Source: Raillietiella orientalis (lineage: Eukaryota). From it: 64,000 bases of DNA. Of this stretch, positions 37,105 through 49,107 are shown one piece after another (within the stretch, counting starts at the first letter, position 1; each line of letters begins with the position of its first letter). The notes beneath the pieces are model-generated. The model saw only the letters and a program-made list of their open reading frames with translations. It had not been told where the DNA came from and did not search any database. The stretch is taken from positions 186,001 through 250,000 of the forward strand of contig JAYWIR010000087.1 in assembly GCA_036172245.1 (NCBI GenBank), given 5' to 3'. The position numbers and the translations under genes are program-made.

Positions 37105-37605
37105 AGGTGGCCGCGAGTTACTCCGCTTACACGAGTGCACAGGTGCTCGTCAAGGAACACGTGATCGATGTTGTCCTCCATTCCTGGTACACTGGCCAAC
37201 AAATTACAAGTGTGCACCGCCGCGCACACTTTGTCGACCAGGTCCCGCTCGTGATTAGGCCCATCCGGTTTCAGACGAACGGTTAAATCGCCTGCAACCA
37301 GATGGGCATTACGCACGCCTGCCTCGGTAAACCAGTCGCGATGGAGGGCAAGGAAAATCAGTTTCCTGGCTATCCTGTTCGTCAGGTCCGCTCCTCTCGG
37401 GGCATAAACGTTCGCGACGGTCAGGTAGATCGAGTCGGACCAACAGAGAGTCAGCTGGCCGACACGACCGTGATCGTCGAACCGCACTCCACGGGCGGCG
37501 GCCTCGATGGCGGGCCGAAGCAGGTAGTCGACATCACAACTTCTCGATGTTCCACACTTATACCACGTTCGCCCACCAAAGATGCGTTCGATTTCCTGCG
37601 CTCGT
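37105..37605 (-). mobile_element. Copy J (downstream part): endonuclease core, truncated
   Basis: AQEIERIFGG ... NVYAP ... AGDL ... NIDHVFLD continues the endonuclease that stops at 49108. Confidence 0.78.
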
Positions 37606-38966
37606 ATAGTGCAGACGTGTTTCCGCGTCTATCCGCGCCAACGATCGGGCAACTTTGTGCCTGCGTTTTCGCTCGCACTTGTGTGTTCCTGTGCAATCTG
37701 CCAAGTAGCATAGTGCAACATGGCTAGTACACAGAATAGTGTGGAGGAGCAGGCCACTGGATGCACTTCAGCTGCACTTGAAGTGGCCGCATCCTCCGTA
37801 ATGGATTCCTCGCCCCCGGTGAGGAGTTACGTTGCCGTTACCTCTTAAAGACCAGGACCCTGCGATGCAGAGTTCCAGGCATATGTGTCATCAGGATACA
37901 TGCCTGCACTCCGTTATAAGGTCAGTGGGCCACTTTACGGGAGAATCGGTCGTGAGCTCAATGATGAGCTCGTCCGGATAGGCGTTCGCGAGGAGGAACT
38001 CCTTGCCATAATGCCTGCTGGCAGGATGGAATATACGAAGATTCGGTGCAAGAACGCAGCACTGGTGCAGCGCCTTCTCCGTACGCCGTTGACCATTAAT
38101 GGCAAGGAAGTCCTACCTCTTGCGATGGATGACTCTTTTGTCGTTCAATTGTGCGACATCGAACCGGAAATCTCCGACCGCAATGTCGTAAGTGTGCTGG
38201 CGAATTTCGCCAACGTGCACGCTCTGTGGAGGAGGCCAAATCCTTTGAAGGATTTTCCCTCTGTCCACATACGACAAGCCTCCGCGCGGATCACCGTCGC
38301 GAACACGCGTGTTGTGCCTGAGCAGCTGCAGGTGAACGGCACGGTCGTTTACCTGTGGTTCATAGGCTTGACTCGCGCGTGCGAGCAGTGCGGCAAGGAT
38401 GGGCACCGAATTAAAGGGTGCTTCTCTCGAAGATGCCGCTATTGCTAAGATTCCGGGCAAGAAATCAAAAAGTGCCCATTACTTGCAAGAAAAAGAGCCG
38501 CAGCGGAAATTTGTCGGGTTCAAGAGACCACTGCACGAAAAGCCGCAGCGGCAAATAAAGAACGTCGTCCGCAAAAACTCGCAAAAAACCACGAGCGATC
38601 CGCGGATGAAAAGAAAGAATCCCCGCCCGCAACTCCCGGAATAGGGGAAAGTCACGGCGGGAGAGCGAATTAAAAAGGGGCGCGAGGGTTTGACGCGTGC
38701 CGTGCCTTCCCTCTCTGCCGAACTCGCAGGCACCTCTGCGAGCCAGGAACCAGGTAATCTCCGTAACACCCTGGAGGGAAAGGTAGGAAAAGAGAAAGAT
38801 CGCAACAGTACGAAGACTTCTTGCCCCGTTCCGTTGTCCCATCCGAGTTCCGGACAGCCCCACTGCAGCGCAGGCCCCTCTGCAAAAGCTACGAAAGCCG
38901 TAAAAAGCAGCGTCGCGACGAGGAAAAGCACGCTGCATGCAGTCGCCCCATCGCCGACTCGGCAGG
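37606..38966 (+). mobile_element. Copy K (5' part), beta family: 5' end and ORF1, inserted antisense into the J endonuclease
   Basis: AGACGTGTTT at 37613. ORF 37885..38448 (GYMPALRYK, CEQCGKDGHRIKGC). TSD atttcctgcgctcgt (37591-37605) / atctcctgcgcttgt (49108-49122). Confidence 0.88.
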
Positions 38967-39041
38967 TTTCCCCAAGTCCCACAAGGGGTGGGGTAAGTTT
39001 ATTTTTCTACAAAAATACAAAATTTACATTCGCACTCTCAT

Positions 39042-42000
39042 TCACTCAATACAAACATTTTGCACTTGAGGGTCCTTGGGTTGCACTAGAGTTCTGCTTT
39101 TCAGGGGGGAATTCCAGCTGGATAGTCCCGGGCGTCGTCTTGGATCCTCTTCAGGATGAATCGGTACGTCCAGGCGTGGATCTTCCCGCAGTTCCTGATG
39201 CCGATTTTCATCTTCAAGAGCCCTTGTAGGATCTCCATCGGTGGTGCGACTCTCCTGGCTTTCCTCATTTTCCACCACAAGTATGGCGGTGATGAAGAGG
39301 GCTATGGTCGTCCTCACCATGGGATTGTAACAGGGAACATTACCATCCATATGAAACATCCTGGCGAGGATCTCCATAACGGACTTGTTGGTAAGTCCTA
39401 TGATCCTTTTCAGGATCAGCCAGTCATGCAGCAGTGTGGGAAACGTCAAGTCGTGAAGTCTCGTGTCGTCGTCTCCACATGCTGCGCAGTATCGGTTTTC
39501 CCGTCTTCCTGTGAAGTGCTGCAATCGCGACCCACTCTGGATTCCTCCGTGATAAAACATCAGGAGGTCATCCTGGGTGCCCGGCGGAAGGTCACTCCTC
39601 CAGAGCGTCGTGCCGATCACTAACAGGTTGAACCGTTTACTCCCGTAGCGTTCGGTGGCTTCCTGGAGGGCAGTGGTGTCACGGTCGTTTTCTTGGATAA
39701 GCCTTCAAAGGTTTGTTCTGGTTACCCTCGACCATGCGAAGTCGTTGTGGTTTAACCACACTTCGCGGGTCCTGTGGGTAAACCTTCCTAACATCATCTC
39801 TGTATACCGAAGTATACGTGTTTGATGTAGGTAGCCTCCTCGCCTCCACTCCTGGATTTGCTGTAGGGTAACTCTGGACCGCTGGTAGATCCAGCTTCTC
39901 GTGTCCGGCGGGACAGAAAGCAACCAAGGGATCACCAGGATGGACTCGTCCTGCCAGAGTTCCCTGCTTCGCGGCACGATCTTGATTTGGTGCTTCCGCA
40001 CCAGCCGTTGCTTCCTCCTCCAGGTCAAGTCGATTGTTATCCATTCCCCTACTTTGCCTAGCAGCGCAGTCATCAGGCCTTTCGAGTTGTTAAGCAACAA
40101 CGCGTAGGCCCTGTGCGCCGCATACGGCCAGTCATCCCAGTGAGTGGCAATGTCCAGGATGTGTCGCGTATCCATGATTTCCATGGAATGTGCAAGCGAC
40201 TTCATCCCGGAACCGCCTTCTTCCCTGGGACGACACAGGGGTTTCAGTCTTACTCTTGGGCGATAGTGGCCCCACAGTGTTTTTCTTTGCAGCTTCTCGA
40301 ACTCCCTAGTAGTGTCCTTGTTCATCCTCGCGAAGGCCGCCCCGAGGAGCACTTTCGGAAGAAGTACTCCTTTCCATATGTTGGCCTTTCGCTTCATCCG
40401 AAGGTCCGTTCGGGTGTACTTGGCTGCTTCCTTGGCCGTTTTCCACTGAATTTCCTTCCACAGCAGCTTCGACGCAGAGCCGTCGCCGATGTAGACTCCC
40501 AGGTACTTGGCCGTGTCCACCGTACGGAATCCACTACCCGTTAGAGTGGAGAGATCCAGTATTCCGACGGGCAAAAGCTGGCTCTTCTGGGAATTGATTT
40601 TTAAGCCCAAGCCCTGTTCCATCAGGTCCACCACATCCAGAAACGCACGCTGATTTTTCTCTCCCTTGATGAAGAAGAGTAGATCATCGGTGTATGCCAG
40701 ATGGGTAAGACGCTTGCAATCGATGGTAGTCCCGCTTAGTCGTCCGCTCTTCTCGATAAAGGACGACAACGCCTCCATATAGATGACGAACAGCATCGGA
40801 CATAGCGAGTCGCCCTGTCGGACTCCTCGTTCCATTCTGATTGCTGCCGTCTCCTGGCCGCTGATCTTGATCCGGCAGTACTGGTTCTGGAGTACCACCC
40901 TCACGAAGTTGCTGAAGTGTTCCGGAAGCCCTAGGTTCTCCAGAACCTTCTGCAGCATCCCGTGGTCGATGGAGACGAAGGCCTTCTCCATGTCAGTGAA
41001 CACCAGCACCAGGTTCTCGCCGACGTATCGACTGAGTCCAACAGTGGCCTGGGCACACTTGACATTGTCCGACATGTGTCGTCCTGGGACTGCACATGTC
41101 TGGACCGGAGAGATCAGCCTCGACATGACCTTGCCTAAGCGGTTGGACCATATCTTCGCCAACCAATTGGCATCGGAGTTTAGGATCAAGATTGGCCTCC
41201 ATTGGGCGATCTGGGTAGAGTCGCCTCCTTTCGGCAGCAATCTCATCCGACTCTCGTAGAAGGACTGAGGTAGTCTGCCTTCTTCCCGGATGCAGAGGGT
41301 CAACTGGTGGAACAAGCGCAGGTAGGCGTGCAGGTACCGCTGATAGTGCGTGATGGGTACACTGTCAGGGCCCGCTGCAACGTCCTTGCGAAGTTGCCCA
41401 AACGCAGTCTTCACCTCTTCTTCGGAGAACTCCTCCTCCAGTCTGTTCCGCTGGAGGTCGTCGGTCCTTTTCTCGAGATAGCTCAAGAAGGCCTGTTGAC
41501 TAGAGCGACACAGCTGTTGTCGCCTGAAGTGTTTCGTGTAATGCCTGTGAAAGGCCTCTACGATGTCCTCAGACGACTGTCGCTTTTGGCCGTCGTACTG
41601 GATGCAGAAGATATCTGTTGCCAGATTTCTCTTCTCCAGCACGCCGACTTCCCCTTTTATGTTATTGAGGACGTACCGACTCTCGTACTGATCGAAGTAC
41701 TTTAAGAGGGAGCGATCGTGAATGTTCAGCTCCCGGTACGCCTCTTGCCTCAAGCGCCTATCCCCGAACTGCATGTTCGACAACAGGTGTATCCTGTGTC
41801 TCAGGCTTTCCCAGTCGGCGACTCTTCGGATTGTTGTTGCCCTCAGAATCGCCTCCAGGACAGCCTGATATCCGGGATGGGTTTCGAACCAGGCGGGCAT
41901 GCTGATGAGCGCCGCCCTGATGCATTGCCTTGCCGAGGATTCTCCGTTCCTAGGGAAAACCGCACCAGGGGGTGATCGGACACCGTAGTCATAGTGTCGC

Positions 42001-42613
42001 GAAACCCCTGGAGGCGGTTCCCAAGTTCGGTGCTGTGCAGGACATGATCGATTGGCTTGTAGCTTGCTGTTCGCCAGACCAGTCCGATCTCCACGGATAG
42101 CCGTCGATACGCCGTCCTTCCTCTGGCGTCTTCCGAATGAAGGATCTCATCCAAGATGTTGAGATCGCCAGCAACAATCTCGACGTCCTTAGGGGCGACC
42201 TATTGCCGGAGTGTTGCATACAGCGCCTCCGCACAACGATGTTTTAGCCTGTGCGGCCCGTACACGTTCAGCAGGATAAGGTGAACAGTTGCGGACCAGG
42301 CCAGTCGCACGCCGATGTTCCGTCCGGGTTGGGGACAGAACACTTCCAGAATAGTGGGGGCTAAGTGGTTCTTCATTAGCACCGCCACACCCTTCGTGTT
42401 CCGTTCTCCTTCGTTGACGAACATCTGCTCGTTGAATCGCCGTTCCATTCGCTGGCTTGTATCCAGACCCATCCTGTGGGTCTCCTGCAGGCACACGATG
42501 TCTTGTTGTGGGATGGTCCGCACAATCCTTCTTCTATTTCCCTGGTCGACCACACCGTTTACGTTCCAGGAGGCGGTGTTCATCCTCCTGGCGGTCGATA
42601 GGGAAGAGGCCAT
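39042..42613 (-). pseudogene. ORF2 of M; contains the longest open RT frame in the window (39705..41900, 731 aa)
   Basis: SWNVNG, CLQETH, NVYGP, AGDLN, IDH, SDH; AAGPDS, QWRPILILNSD, DMEKAF, GVRQGDSLCPMLF, YTDD, KYLG; C-terminal CAACG. Frameshifts between segments. Confidence 0.9.
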
Positions 42614-42928
42614 AAAAGGGGAAGACCTATTTTTTGGCCTTCCTGAGCTTCTTCTGTCTGAGAGAGCGTGCTCTTCCAGACAATGAAGATGCAGCGGGCT
42701 TATCGCTGCCGGCGTCACTCTCTGTACCTGTGAGGTCGGTAATTTCCCCTCCTCCGTAGAGTGTTCCGCCTGCGCGATCAATTTTCGAGATAGCGCCTCT
42801 ATCTCGACCTTGGCGCAGAAGTGCGCCTTCACGTCGAGAAGCTGTTCCTCTAACTTCTTGCGTTCAGCGACCTCCACCGCCTGGTTGATTTTCTCTTGTG
42901 CAGTGCAGATCTTCTGCAAGATTTTCTC

Positions 42929-44295
42929 TTACTGAGGACCGCTCTGCACCTCCATGATCTCCTCCGCCAGTGTTGCAAACTCCTCCGTAGTCTGCAGAGC
43001 TTCCTGCGACACTTTAGTGGCTTCCTGTCTCTCTTCCTTCGCGCCTTCCTGCGCTACCTCCATCTTCTCGCCTTCCTGCTCTGCTGCTTCCAGGATTTGA
43101 GGAGTTCCTGGCTCCTTGACGAGCATCCTCCTCTTTCCCTTCTTTCCCACTTCTATGAAGCCGTCCGCCGACACCGGGACAGCTTGTTTCACTTTTTTCT
43201 GCCTTCCTGCCTTCTGAGGCTGTTCGGCCTCCTTGATGTTTCTCTCTCTCACGGGAGAGAGACCTCGAATCCTTCTGCAGTTATCAAACTCCGGACAGCT
43301 CTATTTCGCATGTCCGTGTTTCTTGCAGAAGGAGCACACCTCCGGATGCGGCAGTTTCGGACTTGATGTCCTACTTTGCCGCAGCGGAAACAACGACACG
43401 TTGGGCAAGAGCCGGCCCTGTGACCGAACTGCTTGCACCCGGTGCAGAATACCGGTTGTTGCCGGTAACGCACATTCACTCCCTGGGATTGTTCGTCAAT
43501 AACGGCCAATCCCGGGATCACCGCTCCCTCCCTCAACTTCATCTTGGCGATCATGTCGCCAGAAAATATGTTTCCAGAGAAGTTCTGGAAATCAAGGTCC
43601 AGAACTTCCCTAAAGTGCTCCAAGTAATTCCACACCGCTAGTTGAGGTGTGAGGATGGAGATGCCGTTTAAAAAGACGGTTGTGTATGGCATCTCGCCAA
43701 TACCACAAACCATCCGTCCTTGTATATTGATCCCCTTCTAGATCAATCGCTCTCTAAGGTTTTCACAGTCTGTAAAGACTGTGAACCCGTTGTTTGATGG
43801 AATGATCGCCTGAATGCGATCAAAGTCTATGTCCTTCTTGTCGAGGGACAAATAGACCTCCCTGATGTTATTAAATTTCATTAGTCCCGTCTTAAAGATA
43901 ATGGGCTTCACGTTGGGGCCTATTTCGACTATTGGTCGGTCCACTTTTAGAACTTTTCCGCTAAGCGGCTTTCCGAATTTACTAGGTGGGTGGACACTCG
44001 CCTGTCCAGCCGCCACCGACGCATAAGAAAAGGGCTGCGACGCCGCAACCGAACAAAATGGCGTCGCTCCCTGCACCGCGTAGACGCCCGCGGGTCCCGC
44101 CTGGGAAGCCACCGCCGCGGGCGCCAATCTCGACGTTGCCGCCGTTACCGCCGCGGGCGGCACCCTCGGCATCGCCGCCGCGGGCACCACCCTTGGCATC
44201 GGCGCCGCCGGCGCAGCAAAGCACGCCGCGGGCGCGATCCGCGCCATGCCTGCCGCCACCTCGCTGTTGCCGCACGTTACCTCCATGGCTTCCAT
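42929..44295 (-). pseudogene. ORF1 of M (Ala/Pro-rich leader, possible RRM-like region, CCHC knuckles, charged helical tail)
   Basis: CTGCKQFGHRAGSC and CFRCGKVGHQVRNC in ORF 43249..43713; Glu/Lys/Gln-rich ORF 42929..43252. Confidence 0.8.
44114..44250 (-). repeat. GC-rich degenerate tandem repeat of about 27 nt encoding PAAAMPRV-like units in ORF1 of M
   Basis: gccgcgggc recurs several times; protein reads APMPRVVPAAAMPRVPPAA. Confidence 0.7.
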
Positions 44296-44506
44296 GGGGG
44301 ACGACGGTCTCTCCACTCCTCCTCTATGTGCCTGTATCCTGGCTGCTGGTCTTACTGCACGGGACCACTGCAGGTCTTTTGCCGCGATCTCCTCGCCGCT
44401 TCTTTTTTTTAGTTTCGTCTGGAAAACTTCCCCTCTCCGGGCACACACGAGCACAATTAACTGATTACTTTGTCAAGCGCACAATACTTTGAGCCGCGGA
44501 GCAAGT

Positions 44507-47500
44507 TCACCGACTCGGCAGGAGAGGAGCAATCTCCCGACTCTAAACAAGGCGACTCCGTTGCCGTCTTTGAAAGGCGTAGCGAAAGCAACGCTCCCAG
44601 AGAACCCAGAAAAAATCCCGGAGGTTTTCGCAACTACTGTCGCGGAAGTCTCATAAAATCGCAAAGGCGAATGAAAGGTTGTGGAGAGGAGGAAAGAAAA
44701 ATCTCCAAAAAAAGCTCCGCAACATCCATCCCTGAGCTCTTCCAAAGGAAAAAGCAGTCGCGGGAATACGGAAACACGCGCGGCTTGTGCATCTTTCAAG
44801 GAAAAAGTCAGCGCTTTCAACGCGTGCAAGTCCGCTTCTGTGACCGCCCAAGAGACCATTACGGTGCAATCGGACCTATGCAAGCGCACGTCGATCGTGC
44901 GAGCATCAGACTTTGCAAAGGAGTCCGATAGCGCCGCTGAACGACGCCTTACTAGCGCGAGAGCGAACGCCCGCAGGGCTGAAGCCCCGAGGCGTGACAC
45001 ACTCGCCGCGGAACTGCGAGTGCTCACTCCGGAACCCACAGGTTCTGCACCCGGGGAGGAGCACCCGATTACGTGCAGCACAGTTAAGTCCGGTAACGAC
45101 CGCGCCCTCCAGCCCGTCGTGCTGCTTCCTGCCCGCTCGCCGGGTGAGGCGAGCACCACGGCCTCGCTTTCCCAGCCGTGATGAGGGCAATCGCGTCTTC
45201 TCGTGGTGTTGTCGTAACGTCTTGGAACGTCAACGGGCTCCAACACGAGGAGAAGAGGCGACTAGTGGCTGACGCTCTGCGCGCCTTCGACTTGACGCTC
45301 CTGCAGTAGATTCACAGCATCTCCGGAGAGCAGGCTGCCGAAATCGAACGGCGCGCGGGCTGAACGCTACTTTATTGGTGCGGCGTTGCACGTACGTGCG
45401 GTGTCGCTTACCTCGTGCGAGGAACTTTGGCGGGAGCGGTGCACAGCGTTCGCTTCGACACGGAAGGCCGAGTGGCACAGCTTGTACTCAAGTGGTCCGA
45501 CTCCATCGACCTTGTCGTAACCAACGTGTACGCGCCGAGTGGTGCTGGACGATGGGCCGAAAGGATTGAGTTCTTCGGTAGCCTTCAAAGCCAGTCGCTC
45601 ACTCGATCTCACCCTTCTGTGGCCCATCTCATTGCTGAAGACTTTAACGTCCACCTGCTTTTTGAGAATAGATCCCACAAAAGGGAAAAGTTGCTAGCGG
45701 AAAAGATGTGTGCGTCCGTGCACGCGTGCAACTTGTTCGCTTGCGATTCTGTTATGGCAGCAACGCTGGATTACTTATTCCTTGATCCACACTTTCTCTC
45801 TTGAGTGGGTCGGAGAGGTCCCGTGCCGTCCGTGCTTTCAGACCACAACAGGCTCTAGTTCGAGTTGCTCCCGCCAGGCAAGGGGCCTCCAAACTGTTTT
45901 TGGAGGATGCCGGCAGACTGGCTAAGCCACCCGGAGGCGGTTGAGCATCTACGCCAGTAACTCCTCGGCTTTGCCGTGAGTGAGCTCGAGGACTGGGACG
46001 ATCTGAAAAGATCGGTCCGCGAGTTGTGCTGCCGGTTTCCCTTGCACCAGCTACCGCGCCGCTTCGGAGAGGGCGTAGCCAACAGCAGAGATTTTCTGCA
46101 GGCCCGCTCCTTTTCCAGGCGCGCGGACGTTGGTCGATTATCCGAGTACAAGGCCAAGGCCCAGCGCCAGGTCTGGCAGTCAGGGGCGACAGTTCTGCTC
46201 GACGACCAGGACCGGGAATGCTCGGCTCCAGCCGACGTGCGACGGATATTCAGGCGCTATTACTCTTCTCTGTATGCAGAGGCACCGACGGAACGCAGCC
46301 TCTCCCGGCTGCTTCTGCCGATTGATGCACCTGCTGTAGACGAGGAGAAACGCGCGCGTCTTGATGAGCCCTTCACGGCAGAGGAAATTTCCTCGGCCAT
46401 CTCGGGGCTCAAGAGACGAAAAGCGCCAGGCTAAGATGGGCTCTCCTCGGAATTATTTCAGTGTTTTGCGGCGGAGCTCATCCCCCTGGTGCTCCAACTC
46501 TCGTCGCTGATGCGAGACTTGGGAGATGTCCCCGCCTCGTTTCGCTCAGCGAAGGTGCGTCTACTGCCGAAAGGCGGAGACTTGGGTCAACTGAACAACT
46601 GGCGTCCGATCACATTAGTGAATTCGGACGTCAAGTTGTTCTCGAAACTTTGGGTGACGCGAATGGGTAGGATCGCGGAATCCTTGGTATAAGTCCGGAG
46701 CAGACGTACGCTGTTCCTGGGGGGTCCATCGACGTGAATCTCTCGTTCATCCGCACATGGCTGCAATTGCAGCATCGTGTGGCGGTGGATCGTCGTGCGG
46801 AAGAGACGCCTTCGATCTCTCACCGACGAAGGCGCGATACGCAAAGGGAGACCCCGGGAGCCTTGGCGGTTGCAGTCGATCTGCACAAAGCTTCCGATTG
46901 CGTGAACCAAAATCTTCTTCTTAAGCTTTTGGAACGTCTGGGTCTTCCGGCATCCCTGTTGGCGTGCTTGCGCTCCTGCTTGCGCCACGGGATTTTATGC
47001 ATTGTTTTCAGTGGCTGTCGCGTGTACGGCGTGCCGGTACGACGAGGAATTAGGCAGGGTGACAGCTTAGGCCCACTGCTCTTTAGCATCTATTTTGAAT
47101 TGGTGCTGGAGGCTTACAGGCTGACGCTAGCCAACCTGCCGAGCTCCTGTCCAGGTACGCCGGCCGTGGCAGCCTATGCCGACGACCTGCTTCTTCTGTT
47201 GCCCATGTCCACCCCGGCGACATCGCTTGAAGACTTCTTTGAGTTGATTCGTCGCGGTGCGGGAGTGAGCGTTAACAGGAGTAAGTGTATGGTTGTTCCG
47301 GTGGGTGCGACGTGGGAGGGGCAGTCCGAATGGATCGACCTGGGGATCCCCACGGGCAGGTACCTCAGGTACCTTGGGGTGCCGTTGAGCGACTTCTGCA
47401 TCTCAGAAGCGTGGTCGAACTGACTTCGGAAGGCAGAGCGTGCACTTGGCCCGTTTTCAGGAGGCGAGTTCGTCTTGCCGGAACCGGCCTGCATCGGAAC

Positions 47501-49107
47501 ACCTTCGTTGCCTTCCTCCTCCGCCCTCTGTTTTTTGTTTGTCTACCCCCCCAGGAAGTCAAAGTCTGGGCGCAGCGCCTTCTACGCAAAGCGTTGTATG
47601 GCGCTGCAAGATCCCGTTTTAGACTGAAAGACTTGGTTGCGCCGCGTCAGGATGCCGGCTTGGGCATCCTCGAATTAAACAGCATCGAACTGCAGGTGCA
47701 GTTTCGCATGCTGCGGCTCTGTGCCAAGCTGTGGTGTACGTCTTGGTGCTTACCCGCACGCCTTATACTGAGGCGCTGCACGGGAAGCAAGGGACTGCTT
47801 TCGTTGCTACCCCACTGTCGGCACACCAGAATAGGGTTTGGCTTCCCGCTGAGGCAGCTGTCCTCACTGCTGGAAGCCCAAAGCTGGATCTCCTGCCGCC
47901 CCATGAAAATTAATGCATGGCGGCAGGAATCTTTTTCATCGTGGGCAGCTTCCGAAGGAACGCGCCCAAAAGATCTTCGATGCCTGCGACTTCTCCTCAG
48001 TCATCAAATGGACGAAGTCATGCAGGACAAGAAGTTGTCGGATCGTCTGGGCGCCACACCATTCGCCGTAGCGCTGTCTGCCCTCAGGGCAAGCAACGAC
48101 GGTTGCCTACCGGCGGAATGGGAATTCTCCTGCAAAAAACCGTGAGTCAGTAAGCTCCTCGGCACCTGGACGACAAAGGAGCTGGTGCAAGCCGCCACTC
48201 CTCGAAATCGGGCGGAGGGTCTGCTTCGGTGGAGCGAACAATTAAGTGTGCCCCCCGGAGGAAAGGTGGTTCCCTCCGTTTGTTTGGACAGGTCCGTGTT
48301 CCCACTTAAGTGGAAACAAGATGTGCTGCTCCTTTTACATTGTGCATTACACTTTAATAATCAGCGAAGCATCGTTTCCGGGGGAGCTGCTTTGCCAAAC
48401 TGTTTAAGGTGCGGAGAGATCGAGTCTTTTCCGCACCTTTTGCTGGACTGCGGTGACCTCCGGGAACTGTTGCGAAGGCTCACTTTGGCCATCATGCCAC
48501 AAGGAGGCACTGCCATTGATGTGCTGCGGCGCTTCTTCAGCAGAAATGGACTTTCGGTTGGCGCGATTGTCGCAACCATGTGTTGCGTTCGCGCCATCCT
48601 GAAGGCCCGCTACGCCCTGGAGTTGTCAGCGCAGCGAAGGGAGGCTCACCTGCTTGCAGCTCAATTCATGGGAAAGGCTTCAAGGTGGTCTCATCTTCGT
48701 GACAAGGTGCATGAGGACATCACCGGCATACATCGCCGGTTTACACACCTTTGAGAACGGCGTAATCCGGTGACCCCTGCAACCTTTCGCCCACCTATAC
48801 CCCGTCCCCGTTCGCTCGGTAAAATTTTTGGTGCCCATGCTTTTATACCCGTGTCTTCCAGAGCGATCCCAAAGACCCTTATCATGTCCTCCTTATTTAT
48901 TGTTTTTAGTTTATTTTGGTTTCTTTGTGTTCCCCGCCCCCTCACACCGTTCACAAAACTGTTACTCTGGCCTGCGTGCCAGCAACATTCTCTTCATTCT
49001 TGTTCAGTCGTCGGTTGGGAGTTTGGTTCTTAACTGTTTTATTTTGTATAATTAGTTTTTTTGGTTATGTTATATGAAATACACGCCCCGGCGTGACCGG
49101 GTGAGAA
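44507..49107 (+). mobile_element. Copy K (3' part): ORF1 tail, complete ORF2 span, 3' UTR and terminus
   Basis: ORF1 ends SQP* at TGATG 45179-45183. Terminus AATACA-CGC-CCCGG-CGTGA-CCGGG-TGAGAA at 49078-49107. Confidence 0.9.
45181..48754 (+). pseudogene. ORF2 (APE-RT-CCHC) of K, colinear but with stops and frameshifts
   Basis: WNVNG, NVYAP, EDFN, SDH, KAPG, NWRPITLVNSD, RQGDSLGPLLF, YADD, RYLG, CLRCGEIESFPHLLLDC. Confidence 0.9.

Larger units (their letters stand above)
38967..44506 (-). mobile_element. Copy M, divergent epsilon family: apparently full length (about 5.5 kb), inserted antisense into ORF1 of K
   Basis: 16-bp TSD with one mismatch: tcgccgactcggcagg (38951-38966) / tcaccgactcggcagg (44507-44522). 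Its ORF1, ORF2 and termini differ from those of the other families. Confidence 0.92.

Noticed and set aside
39705..41900. An intact, active element
   Set aside because: Even this 731-aa frame is separated from its endonuclease and C-terminus by frameshifts. No copy in the window has both ORFs intact.
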